A stretch of 64,000 bases of DNA from an uncultured Verrucomicrobiae bacterium. Lineage in GTDB: Bacteria; Verrucomicrobiota; Verrucomicrobiia; Chthoniobacterales; JAFAMB01. Where the stretch lies: the NCBI GenBank assembly GCA_963813025.1, contig CAWEXO010000011.1, forward strand, positions 704,001-768,000. Direction: 5' to 3'. Positions 29,629 to 39,011 of the stretch are shown here, one piece after another. Each line of letters opens with the position of its first letter. The first letter of the stretch is position 1. The notes under the pieces are model-generated. The model did no database searches. It saw only the letters and a list, made by a program, of their open reading frames with translations, and had not been told where the DNA came from. The translations under genes and the position numbers were made by a program.

Positions 29629-29745
29629 TCTGGAGCGCGTGGCTGCCGCAGATTCCGGCTCGAACGAGTCTTCGCCGAAGGCTCCTCCTTCGCTAAAGCT
29701 TCGGCGGACACGTCAAATGAATTCTCGCCCTTGTACCTTGCCCCA

Positions 29746-29970
29746 CCAATTTTTTTTCCCTTTTAAAGCCGCCCGCAAGGGCGGAACTCTGGAGGTGAAG
29801 AACTTGGCCGAGGAGGGTGGAAAACTGCCTCGCCCAAAGGTCGGTAGAACCTGTCCGGTAGATTAGTCCACCCTTCCTCGTGCCGCACCTGCATAAGACC
29901 GTACCGTATCTTAGGCCGTTCCAAACAGGGTTGGAACATAAGCCCGTGTTCACAAGGCTCTGTCAGCAGG
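29746..29970 (+). ncRNA. Predicted IS110 bridge RNA (ends approximate)
   Basis: 5' hairpin ccgccc-gcaa-gggcgg; target loop closed by 29810-29821/29867-29879 holds ctcgccc and ccggtag; donor loop closed by cctgc/gcagg holds accgtatct and acaag. Confidence 0.85.
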
Positions 29971-30026
29971 CGCGCGCCCAAGCGCTTCATCAAACAAAGA
30001 ACCAATTCAACTCGAATTCCTGTCTG

Positions 30027-31037
30027 ATGAAAAAACGCTACTGCATGGGTATTGATATGGCAAAAGCAAGCTTTGACTTTTGCCTGCTCTCCAAGAATGG
30101 CACTCGCCTGTGGCGGGGAAAGTTCAGCAATGATGCGACCGGCATTGGAGCATTTTTAGCCCAACTCCAGGCCCGCTCTTGGCCGCTCTCCCAGATCCAC
30201 TTCGCCCTGGAAGCCACCGGGGTCTACGGGAAGAGATTGATCGCCGCTCTGCACCAAGCAGGCTTGGCGGTCAGCGTGCTCAATCCCGCCCAAGTCAAAT
30301 ACTTTGCTTTCTCGGTCCTGCGCCGCACCAAAAATGATCGGGTTGATGCGGCCATCATTGCCCAGTTTTGTCTGGAGCGAAAACCACTGGCCACTCGGCC
30401 GCTGCGCCCCCTTGAGGAAGAATTCAAACTGCTGGTGCGGGAGCGCGAAAGCCGGGTTGGCGAGCTCATCCGGGAACAGAACCGGGTGAAAAAAGACCCT
30501 TACCCAATTGCGCTGCCCGAGCTTATCAGCCAACAGCGTGGCCAACGACTCGCCCAGCTCAAGAAAGAAATCGCTCAGCTGGAGTCGGCCATCTTCGGCT
30601 TAGTCGCGGCTGATCAGGCTTTAAGCCGCCAAAGCCAACTGCTGTGCTCTATTCCCGGCATTGCCCAGCTCACAGCCGCCAAGCTGCTGGCCGAGCTGGC
30701 CGGTAAAGAGTTCCAATCGGCTCGGCAGTTGGCGGCCTATGCTGGGCTGACTCCTTCTGAATTCCGTTCCGGTGTCTCGCTCTACGGCAAAACCACCCTG
30801 TGCAAAATCGGCAACGCTTTCCTGCGCAAAGCACTCTATTTGCCGGCCGCCGTTGCTCGCCGCTGGTGCAAACCCATCCAGCAATGGGCCGCAGGTCTCG
30901 AGTCGCGCAAGCTCCACTCCCTGGCTATCCGCGGTGCCGTCATGCGAAAACTCCTGCACATCGCCTTCGGTGTTCTCGCTCACCAACAACCCTACAATCC
31001 TAACCTGGCCCGCCATTCCTTAAAGCAATGCCCTTGA
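30027..31037 (+). CDS. IS110 family recombinase/transposase
   Basis: DEDD motifs GIDMAK, ALEATG, KNDRVDA; SIPGIA, AYAGLTP...SG, LRKALY. Confidence 0.95.
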   Translation: MKKRYCMGIDMAKASFDFCLLSKNGTRLWRGKFSNDATGIGAFLAQLQARSWPLSQIHFALEATGVYGKRLIAALHQAGLAVSVLNPAQVKYFAFSVLRRTKNDRVDAAIIAQFCLERKPLATRPLRPLEEEFKLLVRERESRVGELIREQNRVKKDPYPIALPELISQQRGQRLAQLKKEIAQLESAIFGLVAADQALSRQSQLLCSIPGIAQLTAAKLLAELAGKEFQSARQLAAYAGLTPSEFRSGVSLYGKTTLCKIGNAFLRKALYLPAAVARRWCKPIQQWAAGLESRKLHSLAIRGAVMRKLLHIAFGVLAHQQPYNPNLARHSLKQCP

Positions 31038-31145
31038 CATCCAAGACCGTATCTACCGGCACAAGGCCATAGATTACGTTGCAAGACAACGTATCACCGC
31101 GACAGAGAAGAACGATTTTTACGAAGCGAGGCCCGGCCTCGTTCG

Positions 31146-31664
31146 CTAGGGAGTTCTCAGCGATTGGAGCCATCGCCGCATCATGTTGGTTTCAGTCCCT
31201 ACGGGGCCGGTATTAGGTCCCCGAGACGCCCGGGAGCCGGTATCAACCAGCCGCTGCGAACCGCTGGCCACGATGCGACCGGATGGATCTCGGAGCACAT
31301 AATCAAACGCTAGCCTGGCGGGGGTTCTAGTTCGAACAACTCTCACCGATTGCGGTCCGGTTGTCCGCCGGCCCGCGAGATCGATATTCGTGAAGCGAAG
31401 GTCAAGCGTATGAGCCGGAAATCGCCTGGCCATCACGGGTAGGAGCGCGCTGGTGACGTTCTGGGTAAAAACCGTCGACGAATGTTGGAAATCGCGATTG
31501 TTGATACGAAAGTCAGTAAATCTTCCTGGATCAACATAATCGATGGTCACCACCGCGGGAGCAGAAGGGGTGCCAGGCGCGGCGGTCCGAGTGGTGGTGG
31601 AGGTGCAACCGAAGTTACTAATGATCAACGCGAACGCGCCTATCGCGACTAATGATAGTTTCAT
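31146..31664 (-). CDS. DUF3016 domain lipoprotein
   Basis: YVDPGRFTDF, LRFTNIDLAG, RLAFDYVLRD; Cys after hydrophobic leader. Confidence 0.7.
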   Translation of the reverse strand: MKLSLVAIGAFALIISNFGCTSTTTRTAAPGTPSAPAVVTIDYVDPGRFTDFRINNRDFQHSSTVFTQNVTSALLPVMARRFPAHTLDLRFTNIDLAGRRTTGPQSVRVVRTRTPARLAFDYVLRDPSGRIVASGSQRLVDTGSRASRGPNTGPVGTETNMMRRWLQSLRTP

Positions 31665-32267
31665 AACACACTGACTATCTTTTGCTAATAATTCGGTTCC
31701 AGTTTGCCTGCCAGCAGTAGCCCACCGCGATCGGGCTAACACGCGGATTGCTGCAACAGGCGCACAAAGAGTCGATCGTTTCACAGAGGGTTGGCCGGCC
31801 AGTCAGCCCGAATAGTTACAGCGTGTGCCCGGCCAAGCAAGAAAATACTGGTATCATCTGCTCACCTTAACTCCGTTTGGCTGAAAGCGCTAAATTACCT
31901 CGGTGACAAAATAGACGATGTCCGATTCTTTTTCGGCATTATCTGCGCCATTGGTTTCTTTGATCTTCACGAAGCCTCTGGACTCATAGAATTCACGGGC
32001 AACCTCATTTCTCTGGAAGGTTCAGGCATTCAGTGGCGAGAACGCAGCGCAACCTCCAAAAGAGCTGTCCCAATCCCACGTCGCTGAACGCCGGGCAGCA
32101 CATACAGCTGATCTATCCAATCTTTTCGATAGGCGACAATGCCGAGCAACATCGCGTCTTCAAACGCACCCCAGACTGCTGCGTAGCCGGCCGGGTAAAA
32201 CCGTTAGTTTCGAAAACGAAAACTTTTCTGGACTCTCTTCGAACGATTCTTCTAGACTCGTTCGAGC

Positions 32268-32849
32268 ATGGTCGCCCTAACCCCCCCACTGAACCAAGTC
32301 CCTTTTAAAAAATGGAAACCGCGACTGGCGCTGATTCTGTTGATGGCGGCGTTCTCGAGCTGTTCAACTGTGACTGTACGAACCGACCATGACCCGAGAG
32401 CGGATTTTTCCAGGTACCGCACTTACGCCTTCGGTCCTCTTTCGCGGAACGCTTTGGCGATCAGTCCTGGTGTGCGAGCCCAAATCGAGACTTCGATTGA
32501 CCAGGGTCTAGCTGCCCGAGGCCTTCGCCGAGCCGCGCGCCCGGACTTCTTCGTGGCTTATCATGTAACGACCCGGGAACAGATCTCTGTCCAGACGTTC
32601 CATGACTGGGGTCGTTGGGGCGTGGGTGGACCTCGGTGGAATTATTATGCGCTTTGGCGTGGATCTCCGACGATGACGAGCTATGTCCACCGGTCTACCA
32701 TCGGGACTCTCGTGGTGGATTTTGTCGATGCCAGAACCGATCGATCTTTCTGGCGCGGAATTACCACCGGCACGGTTCGAGGTGCGCAAACGAACCGGCG
32801 AAATGTCGCGGACGCGATTAGTCGGATGTTACAAAACTTTCCACCTTAG
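32268..32849 (+). CDS. DUF4136 domain lipoprotein
   Basis: DHDPRADFSRYRTYAF, GTLVVDFVDART..FWRG. Confidence 0.85.
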   Translation: MVALTPPLNQVPFKKWKPRLALILLMAAFSSCSTVTVRTDHDPRADFSRYRTYAFGPLSRNALAISPGVRAQIETSIDQGLAARGLRRAARPDFFVAYHVTTREQISVQTFHDWGRWGVGGPRWNYYALWRGSPTMTSYVHRSTIGTLVVDFVDARTDRSFWRGITTGTVRGAQTNRRNVADAISRMLQNFPP

Positions 32850-33041
32850 CCTGCATCGCTCGCAAATCTTAGAGATTTGCGAGCGATACAAGCTCTTGCA
32901 GCAGATTCTCCGGCTGGGCCGGAGAGTTCTGCTGCTTTGTTTGAGAGAAGAGTTTAGCGTCAAAAAGGATTGTTCAGTTACCAAACTCTCGTGCATCAAT
33001 CGGGTCAGGACGCGCAACATTTTGGCACTGACACCGACTAC

Positions 33042-33338
33042 CTACGGCTCCTTTTTGGTTTTTGCTCTCATCCTCGCAATGATTCTCCAGGCGAAGATTA
33101 CCAGAAGCGAGCCAAGGAAAGCGGCGATCAGATCTTCGAAGGTGACCTTCAGCTCCCCGAGCCCGAGGTTAATTCTAAAGAGCCGGAACAGCTCGCCGCC
33201 AATAACGGCGCCGATCATGCCGATCACAAAGTTCGTCCAGCGGCCCAGACCCTCCTTTTTAAAAGTTACAGCCCGACCCGCGAGCGTGCCGGCAAAACCG
33301 CCGACAACTATCCAGACAATGAGTTGCCCAATGTTCAT
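33042..33338 (-). CDS. GlsB/YeaQ/YmgE (transglycosylase-associated) membrane protein
   Basis: WIVVGGFAGTLA, IGMIGAVIGG, AAFLGSLLV. Confidence 0.85.
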   Translation of the reverse strand: MNIGQLIVWIVVGGFAGTLAGRAVTFKKEGLGRWTNFVIGMIGAVIGGELFRLFRINLGLGELKVTFEDLIAAFLGSLLVIFAWRIIARMRAKTKKEP

Positions 33339-33394
33339 GGTTTGGCGATGACGCGACCAAAGAGCATACACATTCGCCTATCCGAAAACATCAT

Positions 33395-35038
33395 TCAATT
33401 TCCGGCCAGCATTGCCAGGGCGAGTAAGACCGCAACCACGATAAGCGAGAGACTGGCGACTGGCCATTGTCGCAAAAGATTGTCCAAATGCTCCATGGCC
33501 GCTCCGCAGCTCGATGTGGCGCGGGCCGCACTTCTTCCCGCGACCACGATATCTCCCTCTGGTATCCGCGGGAGGCGATCCCTCCATCGCCCGAGTCCGA
33601 CGAACAGCACGAAGCCGCCAAGAATCGGCCACAACGCGCTCCAAAGAACCGCTGGAACGAAGATATCGGAGGGGGCGCCCAGGCCCGCGGCCGGATACAA
33701 AGCCCAGGGAACCGCGATGGCAGCGACCGCGATCATCAGCCAGGGGATAGCGAACCTGACCGGCGCCGCTTGCTGGGGATCCTTTGACGCGCTCCGCATA
33801 AGCTGGCGTAAGAAGTGAAACATGAGAAGCGACGACCCGACCGCCGACAGGCCGGCGAGGGTGCCCACCAAACCTTCGCCCAGAGTGCTCTTCACCGCTA
33901 ACTTGGCATGAGCACCGCCGGTCAGAGGCAGCCCGCCGAGACTAAGCGCAAGCGCCGCCGCCAGCGACAGCACTAACCACCAACGGCGGCTTCCGGTGAG
34001 GCTGACCACGCCGACTGCGAGGAATAAACCGCCTTTCACCAGAACATGATGCGCCGCGTAGTAGGCTGTCTGCAGCGCAGCTCCTCCATCGCCGGCCATT
34101 TGACCCATGCCGAGCACCGTGGCGATGAACCCCATCTGGCTCACGCTCGAATAGGCGAGCACCGCCTTGGGATTGGATTGGGTAATGCCGACGATGACTC
34201 CGTAAAAGCCAGTGAACAGTCCGACGGAAACCAACGTGCCGCCCCAGCGCGACAGTGCCACTCCCAGCGGTAAAAACCGGATCAGCCCGATGACTCCGGC
34301 CTTTACGCCGGCCCCGCTCAGCACAGCTGCGGCCGGGACAGGCGCCGCGGCGTAGGTCAATGGCATCCAGAAATGGATCGGAACAAGGGCGATTTTCATT
34401 GCAAACCCAGCAATCACCAGAGCAAGCGCGGCGGTTCGCCACGGAGAGCCCGGCAGCGCTGCCATGACATCGCTGATCAACAGGCTGCCATGCGCCGAGG
34501 TGGCCGCGAGCAGCACAAAACCCATGAGGAGCAAGGTCTCGCTTAACAACGCAAAAGCTGTATAGAGCGCACCGGCCCGCTGGGCGTTCGGTGTGCCTTC
34601 GTGGATAACGAGGCCGTACGCGGGGAGACTGGCCAAGGCGAAGAAAAAGAAAAAACCAGCCAGGTCAGCCGCCACGAAGACGCCGAGACTGCCTGTCAGC
34701 GTCAGCAACCAGCAGACCGTGAAACGGCTCCTGTTCGGCGTGTCCCTCAGAAACGCCGAGGCGTAAGCGCCGGCAACGATCCAGAGGAGCGCTGCTACCC
34801 CCAACAACATCGCACCCGGTCCGTCTAGCGCGAGCGTCATGAGGTAGAACCTAGGGTCCGGGATAAATGGGGGCGCATTGACCGCGAATAACGAGGCAGC
34901 GACCGCCGGCATCGGGGCAAAAGCCACTAGCGCCGGCATGCGATTCCGGAGATCCCGAAAGAGGCAAGCAAGCAGCATGGCGGCCGGCGTGGCGAGCGAG
35001 GCGACAAGCAATAGCGCGCTGAATGGTAAGTTTTTCAT
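33395..35038 (-). CDS. Mrp antiporter MrpD/A-like proton-translocating subunit (second copy)
   Basis: KIALVPIHFWMP, AAVLSG..VK, LAYSSVSQMG; ATGA overlap with upstream gene. Confidence 0.85.
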   Translation of the reverse strand: MKNLPFSALLLVASLATPAAMLLACLFRDLRNRMPALVAFAPMPAVAASLFAVNAPPFIPDPRFYLMTLALDGPGAMLLGVAALLWIVAGAYASAFLRDTPNRSRFTVCWLLTLTGSLGVFVAADLAGFFFFFALASLPAYGLVIHEGTPNAQRAGALYTAFALLSETLLLMGFVLLAATSAHGSLLISDVMAALPGSPWRTAALALVIAGFAMKIALVPIHFWMPLTYAAAPVPAAAVLSGAGVKAGVIGLIRFLPLGVALSRWGGTLVSVGLFTGFYGVIVGITQSNPKAVLAYSSVSQMGFIATVLGMGQMAGDGGAALQTAYYAAHHVLVKGGLFLAVGVVSLTGSRRWWLVLSLAAALALSLGGLPLTGGAHAKLAVKSTLGEGLVGTLAGLSAVGSSLLMFHFLRQLMRSASKDPQQAAPVRFAIPWLMIAVAAIAVPWALYPAAGLGAPSDIFVPAVLWSALWPILGGFVLFVGLGRWRDRLPRIPEGDIVVAGRSAARATSSCGAAMEHLDNLLRQWPVASLSLIVVAVLLALAMLAGN

Positions 35039-36567
35039 GGCAAAGCGACCCCGGATGCAGGTGGGCGACCAATCTTTAGCAGTGCGATCGGTTTCTGGGG
35101 GAGCAGTCCGACAAGCAGCGAACAGAGAGCAAGGGCCACGACCACCAACTCGTGCCGCCGGGAAACTTCCGCGCACAGGACCAGTGGTTCTTCGGGTTCG
35201 GCGAGTGCCGGCGCAAGGACCCGGAACATATATCCACCGGCGAGCAATCCTCCGAAAAGGATTACCGGTGCCCACCACCATTGGCCCGTGATGACCGTAG
35301 CGGTTAGCAACAGCCACTTTGTCACGAAACCTCCGCTCGGTGGCACTCCGACGAGCGAGAGCGCTCCAATCCCAAAACCGAAGACGGTCACAGGTAGAAC
35401 CCGTCCAACGCCGCGGAGACCGGCGATACGATCATGGCCGAGTGCACTGGCGATCAGCCCCGAGGCCATGAACATGGAGGCCTTGGCAAACGCGTGCGAG
35501 ATGGCCTGGAACATGCCCCCGGAAAGAGCGGCATCCAGTCCGGCCTGCGTCCGGCCGGGACCGGCGGCGAGCGGGAACATGAGAAACAGGTACCCGATCT
35601 GTGCCACCGTCGAATAAGCGATCAGGAGCTTTAGCCGTGCCTGCCGGAGCGCGAGCACACTGCCGACCAGGATAGCGGCTGAACCAAGAACGCCAAGAAT
35701 TTGCGCCGCACCCTCGAGTGGCAACCGCGGCATGACGTCAAACCAGAGGCGGACGATGAGAAAAAACGACGCTTTGACCACTAAAGCAGAGAGCAGAGCG
35801 CTGGCGGCTGGTGGGGCGCCGGCATGCGCTGGCGGTAACCAAAGATGGAGTGGAAAGAGCGCGGTTTTCACGATTAGTCCCGCGGTCATCAGCGCGGCTT
35901 CAAGCCAAACAAGAGACCCGGGACGGATCTGTTCAGAGAGAACGACGATATCGAGCGTACCGTACTCACCATAAAGCAGCGCGGTGCCGAGCAGGTAAAG
36001 CACGGACCCGAGAAGCGCAAAGAACAAGTAGCGCAGTGCGGTGATCAGTGTTCCCGGACTGCCTTCTAGATAGACCAGCGGTACTGCGGCGAAGGTGACC
36101 AGCTCTAGCGCCACGTAAAGATTAAAAAGATCGCCGCCTAGAAAGATACTGTTCATCGCGGCCCAAACCGCAAGCAGCAGGGCCCAAAAGATCAACGAGG
36201 TGCGGGTCTCGGGCCTCCCGGGCGGGACCTGGAATTTTGCAGGCGCGTACAAACCCGCGGCGCAAATCACGATAGCGGTTGTGGCGAGCATGGCGGCGGA
36301 AAGGCCATCAGCGCGCAGCGCCACTCCAAGTGGCGGAGTCCACCTGCCCAGGAAATAGGTCAGGGTATTACCGGTCCGCCAGACGACCATTGCGATTGCT
36401 ATGGCGATCCCCAGTCCAGCCGGCAGCAGGAGCAGCGCGATACCCCGGGCGTACCGCCCGCCGGTCACGAAAGCGAGCAACAAACCCGCGACAGGCAGCA
36501 CGATGGCGAGCACGAGAAGGAAGCCACCTGCTGAGGACACGCCAGAAAAAGACTCGGAGAGCTGCAT
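35035..36567 (-). CDS. mrpD: Mrp antiporter subunit D
   Basis: DLFNLYVALE, KTALFPLHLWLPPAH, LIAYSTVAQIGY, HAFAKA. Confidence 0.88.
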   Translation of the reverse strand: MQLSESFSGVSSAGGFLLVLAIVLPVAGLLLAFVTGGRYARGIALLLLPAGLGIAIAIAMVVWRTGNTLTYFLGRWTPPLGVALRADGLSAAMLATTAIVICAAGLYAPAKFQVPPGRPETRTSLIFWALLLAVWAAMNSIFLGGDLFNLYVALELVTFAAVPLVYLEGSPGTLITALRYLFFALLGSVLYLLGTALLYGEYGTLDIVVLSEQIRPGSLVWLEAALMTAGLIVKTALFPLHLWLPPAHAGAPPAASALLSALVVKASFFLIVRLWFDVMPRLPLEGAAQILGVLGSAAILVGSVLALRQARLKLLIAYSTVAQIGYLFLMFPLAAGPGRTQAGLDAALSGGMFQAISHAFAKASMFMASGLIASALGHDRIAGLRGVGRVLPVTVFGFGIGALSLVGVPPSGGFVTKWLLLTATVITGQWWWAPVILFGGLLAGGYMFRVLAPALAEPEEPLVLCAEVSRRHELVVVALALCSLLVGLLPQKPIALLKIGRPPASGVALP

Positions 36568-36907
36568 CAAGGCTCGGCTTGCTCCTGGTCGGGTTTCTTC
36601 GGCGAGTCAGCCCGCAAAGACGCGCGGCCGGTCTGCTGAAAAGCCCGAGCAGCAGGGCGACTGCTAGAGCGGTAGCGGCGAAGGCCACGACAATACCGGT
36701 GATAACCATTGCCTGTGGCACGGGATCGCCGCCCAGTCCTACTGCCGTTCCCCGGCGAGCGATGACTCCGAAAATCAGGAAGACTCCGCTCCCGAGGAAG
36801 TTAAAGGAAACAATCTTGCGGAGCGGCTGCGGCTGAACAATAAGCCCGAAAAGGCCGAGACCTACCAGAATTGCGCCAGATAGTCCAAACACGATGGGTG
36901 CGCTCAT
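36567..36907 (-). CDS. mrpC: Mrp antiporter subunit C (1-bp frameshift near 36638)
   Basis: LRKIVSFN, DPVPQAMVITGIVV; restoring one base ends the ORF in a TGATG overlap with mrpD. Confidence 0.85.
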
Positions 36908-37851
36908 GGCTCGGGTGGCCGCTCCGGAGGGCCGGCTACTAACAGGCCGAGGGTTACCGCGATGGAGACCGTCAGGGCTGCTTCGATGGTGAGGATGAGC
37001 GGCTTGGCATGGGCTGGTGGATAGGCCAGGAAGCCGGACGCGAGCGCGAAGCCGGCTAACCCTGCCGCGAGAAATACCACGGTTCCGATCACCAAAAGCA
37101 GCCGCAACCAGCGGCGTGTGACTGGTGGCGGGTCAGTCAGCCCGGCGATCTTGGCCAGAATCCACATTGCTGCGACAACGGTGCCGCCTTGGAAAGCGCC
37201 TCCCGGAGCATCGGCTCCTACCCAGAAAAGATAGGTGCCAACCATAAGGCCCGCCGGGGCCAGAATTTGAGCAAGGAACTTCAATATACCATCAGGCTCC
37301 GGCACGTGGAGTCGCCCGGGCCGGCCGCCCCAGAAATCATCGGGAGCGAGAGCCCAGACGCCAATGAGGGCTAACAACAGAACGACCGTCTCCAGAAAGG
37401 TGTCGAACGCGCGAAACGCGAGCAGCACTCCGGTAACTGGATTGCCTAGACCGGTTACCGGCAGGTTGGCTAGTGCAGCCGGCGCGAGCGTGGGCGCGGG
37501 TTCCGGCAAAAGCAGGACGATAGCGGCCAGAGCAAGAGAGACACAGACGCACAGGACGGCTGCCCCCACGTGGGTAGTCAGGCCCGCTCGCTCTTCGTCG
37601 CTCTGCGCTTCGGTCCCACGCAATCGCGCGGAGGCGGCCAGCAACAGCGCGCCCGTCACCCCGCTGCCGATGGCGGCTTCGGTCAAAGCGACATCTACCG
37701 ACGAAAGCGACACCCAGGCGAGCGCCAGCAGCAAACCATAAACGACGAAACCGACGACCGATGCAAAGGTTTCGCGCACCAACGTGGCCCAGGCAGCAAC
37801 CGCGAGAATCAGCAGAGCCAGGCCGCCCTCGAGCACCAGGACGATGTTCAC
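36904..37851 (-). CDS. mrpB: Mrp antiporter subunit B (DUF4040 + MnhB)
   Basis: DVALTEAAIG, NPVTGVLLAFRAFDTFLE, PGGAFQGG; GTGA overlap. Confidence 0.85.
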   Translation of the reverse strand: MNIVLVLEGGLALLILAVAAWATLVRETFASVVGFVVYGLLLALAWVSLSSVDVALTEAAIGSGVTGALLLAASARLRGTEAQSDEERAGLTTHVGAAVLCVCVSLALAAIVLLLPEPAPTLAPAALANLPVTGLGNPVTGVLLAFRAFDTFLETVVLLLALIGVWALAPDDFWGGRPGRLHVPEPDGILKFLAQILAPAGLMVGTYLFWVGADAPGGAFQGGTVVAAMWILAKIAGLTDPPPVTRRWLRLLLVIGTVVFLAAGLAGFALASGFLAYPPAHAKPLILTIEAALTVSIAVTLGLLVAGPPERPPEP

Positions 37852-38144
37852 TTGTCCGGATCTCCTCCCTGGCGCGCGGCGCGTGCGATGAGTTGGCCGA
37901 CGCTTGCCGCGGACAGCAGCACGAGCAGCCAAACGGCGATCAGCTTCAATCCTTCAAAGAGCGACTCTGTCCGCGGCAGCAGCCCGAGCACCACGAGACC
38001 AAGGCCGAGATTGTCGGCTTTTGTCAACGCATGCAGGCGAGAGAGCGTGTCGGGAAAACGGAGCAGGCCAACAGTGCCTGCCAGGAAAAAGATGAACCCG
38101 GCTGAAACCATCACAATTGTGAAAACGTTAAGCACTAAGGTCAT
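37848..38144 (-). CDS. mrpG: Mrp antiporter subunit G
   Basis: GLLRFPD..SRLHALTK. Confidence 0.9.
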   Translation of the reverse strand: MTLVLNVFTIVMVSAGFIFFLAGTVGLLRFPDTLSRLHALTKADNLGLGLVVLGLLPRTESLFEGLKLIAVWLLVLLSAASVGQLIARAARQGGDPDK

Positions 38145-38424
38145 CCGGTTTCGAGGTGGTAGACTGGTTTGGTGGCGGCGGAATGTTCTTGATAAAGGTA
38201 ATCGATGCGAAGGCGGTCAGCAGGGCCAGCGTAAGCGCGACGTCGGCAGCAGCCTTCAGCCCGGAGGCCGAGGTTAACAACAGCAAGATAGCTATCCCGC
38301 CGGTGCCGAAAAGTTGCGTCGCCATCAGGCGGTCTACGTGACTCGGGCCGCGCAAGATGCGGAACAGGCCGAGCGCTACGACTACCAGCACGCCGCCAGC
38401 GGCGACGAACAAGAAATCAGACAT
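38128..38424 (-). CDS. mrpF: Mrp antiporter subunit F
   Basis: RILRGP..VDR, DVALTLALL. Confidence 0.88.
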   Translation of the reverse strand: MSDFLFVAAGGVLVVVALGLFRILRGPSHVDRLMATQLFGTGGIAILLLLTSASGLKAAADVALTLALLTAFASITFIKNIPPPPNQSTTSKPDDLSA

Positions 38425-38929
38425 GGGTGTTTTTGGTTCCCAACGCTCGGATCAGCCTCGCCTCGTCCTCCGCCATGTGGTCCAACAAAGGCTGACTCGT
38501 ATCGAGGCAGTGCATGACGAGTCTTCCCTGCCCGTCCAGTCCAGCGGGCACTGAGCCCGGCATCAGGCTTGTCATGGCGCAGAAAACACTTCGAGCCGGA
38601 GACGGAGCAAGGCGGCAGGAGAAGGTCATGAAGCCCGGTTTGAGAGGCAATCGAGGATCGAAAACACGCTTGGCTACATCCATCCCGGCGATCAGCGAGT
38701 TCCACAGAAAACGCAGCCCCATCAGAGTAAGCAAAAAAAAACGCACGCGTCCCGGTTCCGGCGGCATGAGACGAAAGCTCGTCCATGTCGCGGCCGCGGC
38801 AGTGGCCAGCCCGATGAGCAGTCCGCTCGGTTCGGTACCGCAGAGCACCAGCCAAAGGCCAAAGAAGCCGGCAGATCGGGTAATCCCAGCGCGGATAGAA
38901 CCTGAAGGATCATTGCTCGGGATGCTCAT
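38417..38929 (-). CDS. mrpE: Mrp antiporter subunit E
   Basis: DVAKRVFDP..PLKPG, SLMPGS, VMHCLD. Confidence 0.88.
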   Translation of the reverse strand: MSIPSNDPSGSIRAGITRSAGFFGLWLVLCGTEPSGLLIGLATAAAATWTSFRLMPPEPGRVRFFLLTLMGLRFLWNSLIAGMDVAKRVFDPRLPLKPGFMTFSCRLAPSPARSVFCAMTSLMPGSVPAGLDGQGRLVMHCLDTSQPLLDHMAEDEARLIRALGTKNTHV

Positions 38930-39011
38930 AAGCCTTTGGCGTCGGTCCTCGCCTTACAGCGTCTGTAGCAACGCGGGATGGCACCAGCAAGTTGAGATGT
39001 ACCCCAAACCA

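Larger units (their letters stand above)
29730..31054 (+). mobile_element. IS110 family element (IS621-like), CT core at both ends
   Basis: Left junction tctcgcc-CT-tgtac, right junction accgtat-CT-accgg; removal restores the REP arm tcgccctaccggcaca seen reverse-complemented at 59234-59249. Confidence 0.9.

Noticed and set aside
31791..32308. Short ORFs between the DUF3016 and DUF4136 genes
   Set aside because: No recognisable motif or coherent frame; may be a decayed fragment but cannot be supported
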